This document shows, one piece after another, positions 30,335 through 32,000 of a stretch of DNA of 32,000 nt. The position numbers were made by a program, and so were the translations under genes. Source of the stretch: Pseudidiomarina andamanensis. GTDB taxonomy: Bacteria; Pseudomonadota; Gammaproteobacteria; Enterobacterales; Alteromonadaceae. Every line of letters starts with the position of its first letter. Position 1 is the first letter of the stretch. The stretch spans positions 2,250,001-2,282,000 of the forward strand of contig NZ_CP032551.1 of the NCBI RefSeq assembly GCF_009734345.1. The letters run 5' to 3'. Below the pieces are notes generated by a model, which did not search any database, was not told the DNA's origin, and saw only the letters and a program-made list of their open reading frames with translations.

Positions 30335-31207
30335 ATGAAAATACAGCAGCTACAAATGCTCAATGCGTTGAGTGAAACCGGCACATTGCAAGGAGCCGCT
30401 GAGCAGCTACACCGAACGCAAGCTGCTGTCAGTATGGCACTTAAAAAGCTTGAGGACGAGGCAGGTTTTCCGCTATTTGACCGTGATGGTTATCGTTTGA
30501 AGCTCACCGCTTTTGGCGAACAGTTTCTGCGACAGGCGCGAGAGGTACTCAGGCAACAGCAACGGCTTCAAAGTTTGACGCAACAACTGCGCGAAGGAGC
30601 CGAGCCGCTGCTGCGCATTTCCTATGATCATACCTGTGCTCCGGCGAGTTTATTTAAGGCAATGCGCGCCGTGCAAGAGCGTTATCCGGCAACCGATTTA
30701 TTACTCAATGGCGAAGCACAACTTCGTTCGTTGCGTGCCGTACGCGAAGGGGAAGCCGATTTGGCATTAACGCCATGGCTGCCAGTGTTTCGTCAACATG
30801 GCGACTTTGAAACCAAACTCGTGCGGCCCTTTGAACTGTTAGTGGCAATGTCGCCTAGTTTAGCCGCCAAATATGGTTTGCCTAAACAACGCCGAGACTT
30901 ACTCGATATCCCCATGCTCATGCCGCAAAATCAAGATGTCGGTATTAACCTCGATAGAATGATTCGGATGCCGGGGCAACAGCGCATACGCGTGAATGAC
31001 TCCATTGCACAACGTGAACTTCTTGTCGCTGGAATGGGGTGGGGCATTGTGCCTGGCGATATTATTGTGGATGAGCTGGCGCGCGGCGATCTGATTCGCA
31101 TCGACATTCCAGATTTCATTAATCAGGTTCATTTAGAGGTGCATTTGGTGCGTTCAGCAGAGCGAATCGCCGGCCCCGCCGCCCAAATAATTTGGGACCA
31201 CTTTTGA
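30335..31207 (+). CDS. LysR-family transcriptional regulator
   Basis: N-terminal HTH MKIQQLQMLNALSETGTLQGAAEQLHRTQAAVSMALKKLEDEAG and a LysR substrate-binding C-terminal part. It is divergent from the MFP-RND-MBL operon. The TTG at 30281 was rejected as the start. Confidence 0.9.
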   Translation: MKIQQLQMLNALSETGTLQGAAEQLHRTQAAVSMALKKLEDEAGFPLFDRDGYRLKLTAFGEQFLRQAREVLRQQQRLQSLTQQLREGAEPLLRISYDHTCAPASLFKAMRAVQERYPATDLLLNGEAQLRSLRAVREGEADLALTPWLPVFRQHGDFETKLVRPFELLVAMSPSLAAKYGLPKQRRDLLDIPMLMPQNQDVGINLDRMIRMPGQQRIRVNDSIAQRELLVAGMGWGIVPGDIIVDELARGDLIRIDIPDFINQVHLEVHLVRSAERIAGPAAQIIWDHF

Positions 31208-31211
31208 AGAG

Positions 31212-31360
31212 CGTTGTTCGTTATTCGTTAGTCGTTATTCGAAAAGCTAAACACGAAACACAAAGGCTAGCGCACAGAAAAACGAGTAAACTTGAATCAG
31301 AGCTATCGAGCGAGCCAAATTCACGAGTAACCAATAACGATTAACGAAAAACGAATAACG
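31212..31360 (-). repeat. Heptad-arm inverted-repeat intergenic element, copy B (inverted relative to A and C)
   Basis: Arms cgttgtt cgttatt cgttagt cgttatt cg ... cgagtaa ccaataa cgattaa cgaaaaa cgaataa cg. 31304-31319 is the exact reverse complement of 30117-30132. aaacacgaaacac is the reverse complement of the GTGTTTC array. Confidence 0.88.
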
Positions 31361-31363
31361 AAG

Positions 31364-31678
31364 TTAAACGAGTTTCTTCCAGATTAAACGCGGCTTCGGC
31401 TCTGGAATATAAATAGCGTAACCGAATTGTGTTCGAAGCTCCGTACCGCTGTTTTGCAAACTCAATAGAGATTCGCTTTTAATATCACTTGCGGTTTCGT
31501 TGCGAATGTCATTGCGCGCAACATCAACACTATGATCCCAGCTACCGACGGCGCGCTCTGCAGAATAAACAAAGCGATACACTTGCATATTAGCTGATTC
31601 AACAGATTCAGCTGCGACAGGTGCTGCAGATGTTATTGCTGCAGCTAAAAAAAGACCTTTCAAAATGGATGTGTTCAT
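31364..31678 (-). CDS. Hypothetical secreted protein (104 aa)
   Basis: ATG at 31678 gives a signal peptide MNTSILKGLFLAAAITSAAPVAAES. No family was recognised. The gene is flanked on both sides by repeat copies. Confidence 0.55.
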   Translation of the reverse strand: MNTSILKGLFLAAAITSAAPVAAESVESANMQVYRFVYSAERAVGSWDHSVDVARNDIRNETASDIKSESLLSLQNSGTELRTQFGYAIYIPEPKPRLIWKKLV

Positions 31679-31755
31679 GACTAATCCCCCCACGAGATGT
31701 CATGTATTAAGATAGTCTAAAACTGTGAAAGGTTTATGTCACAATTGTAAATAAT

Positions 31756-31891
31756 CGTTACTGGTTGTTCGTTATTGGTTATTCGTGTGCTTGGCTCTCT
31801 GGATAGATTAAATACGAATTAGCTCACTTCTGTGTGCGTTAGCTTTGGTGTTTCGTGTTTCGCTTTTTCGAATAACGAATAACGAATAACG
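31756..31891 (+). repeat. Heptad-arm inverted-repeat intergenic element, copy C
   Basis: Arms cgttact ggttgtt cgttatt ggttatt cg ... cgaataa cgaataa cgaataa cg. The 30-nt block 31807-31836 is identical to 30134-30163. GTGTTTC x2. Confidence 0.88.
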
Positions 31892-32000
31892 TTTTTGCAC
31901 TTCATTCACAGCTTTTATCGCAAAGATTGATGCATATATCCTCTTATGAATTTAATTCAGCCACAAAACCTCGTATAATTCCGCGCACTTTTAAACCGCA

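Noticed and set aside
31892-32000. Possible promoter (TATAAT at about 31972-31977) at the window end
   Set aside because: The downstream gene is outside the window, so the call cannot be supported.

Overview
This is a chromosomal core region of a gammaproteobacterium. Gene order matches E. coli, Vibrio and Alteromonadales: secA(3' end)-mutT, then zapD-coaE-pilD-pilC-pilB-pilA-nadC on the minus strand, then ampD-ampE-pdhR-aceE-aceF-lpdA on the plus strand. Downstream lie an M13 (PepO-like) lipoprotein peptidase and a small Cys/His/Met-rich CopL-like protein with cusB-cusA (no cusC, cusF or cusRS). Convergent to these is an MFP-RND-MBL operon whose last gene resembles a class II cyclic-nucleotide phosphodiesterase, with a divergent LysR regulator and an orphan secreted 104-aa protein. 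No rRNA, tRNA, CRISPR array, transposase or integrase was recognised. The most notable departures from the conserved layout are: (1) an unnamed intergenic repeat family built from tandem 7-nt units (CGTTAWT arms in inverted orientation, GTGTTTC core array), with three full copies, one short hairpin copy in the pdhR leader, and a fragment forming the last codons of cusA; (2) an AT-rich islet (SatD-like HTH protein plus Phd/YefM-ParE toxin-antitoxin pair) inserted between nadC and ampD, leaving ampD 8 nt behind the toxin gene; (3) a 1-nt insertion that splits aceE; (4) translational coupling of an RND pump to a cytoplasmic PDE-like hydrolase. All calls rest on reading the translated ORFs and the DNA by eye; no database search was run.
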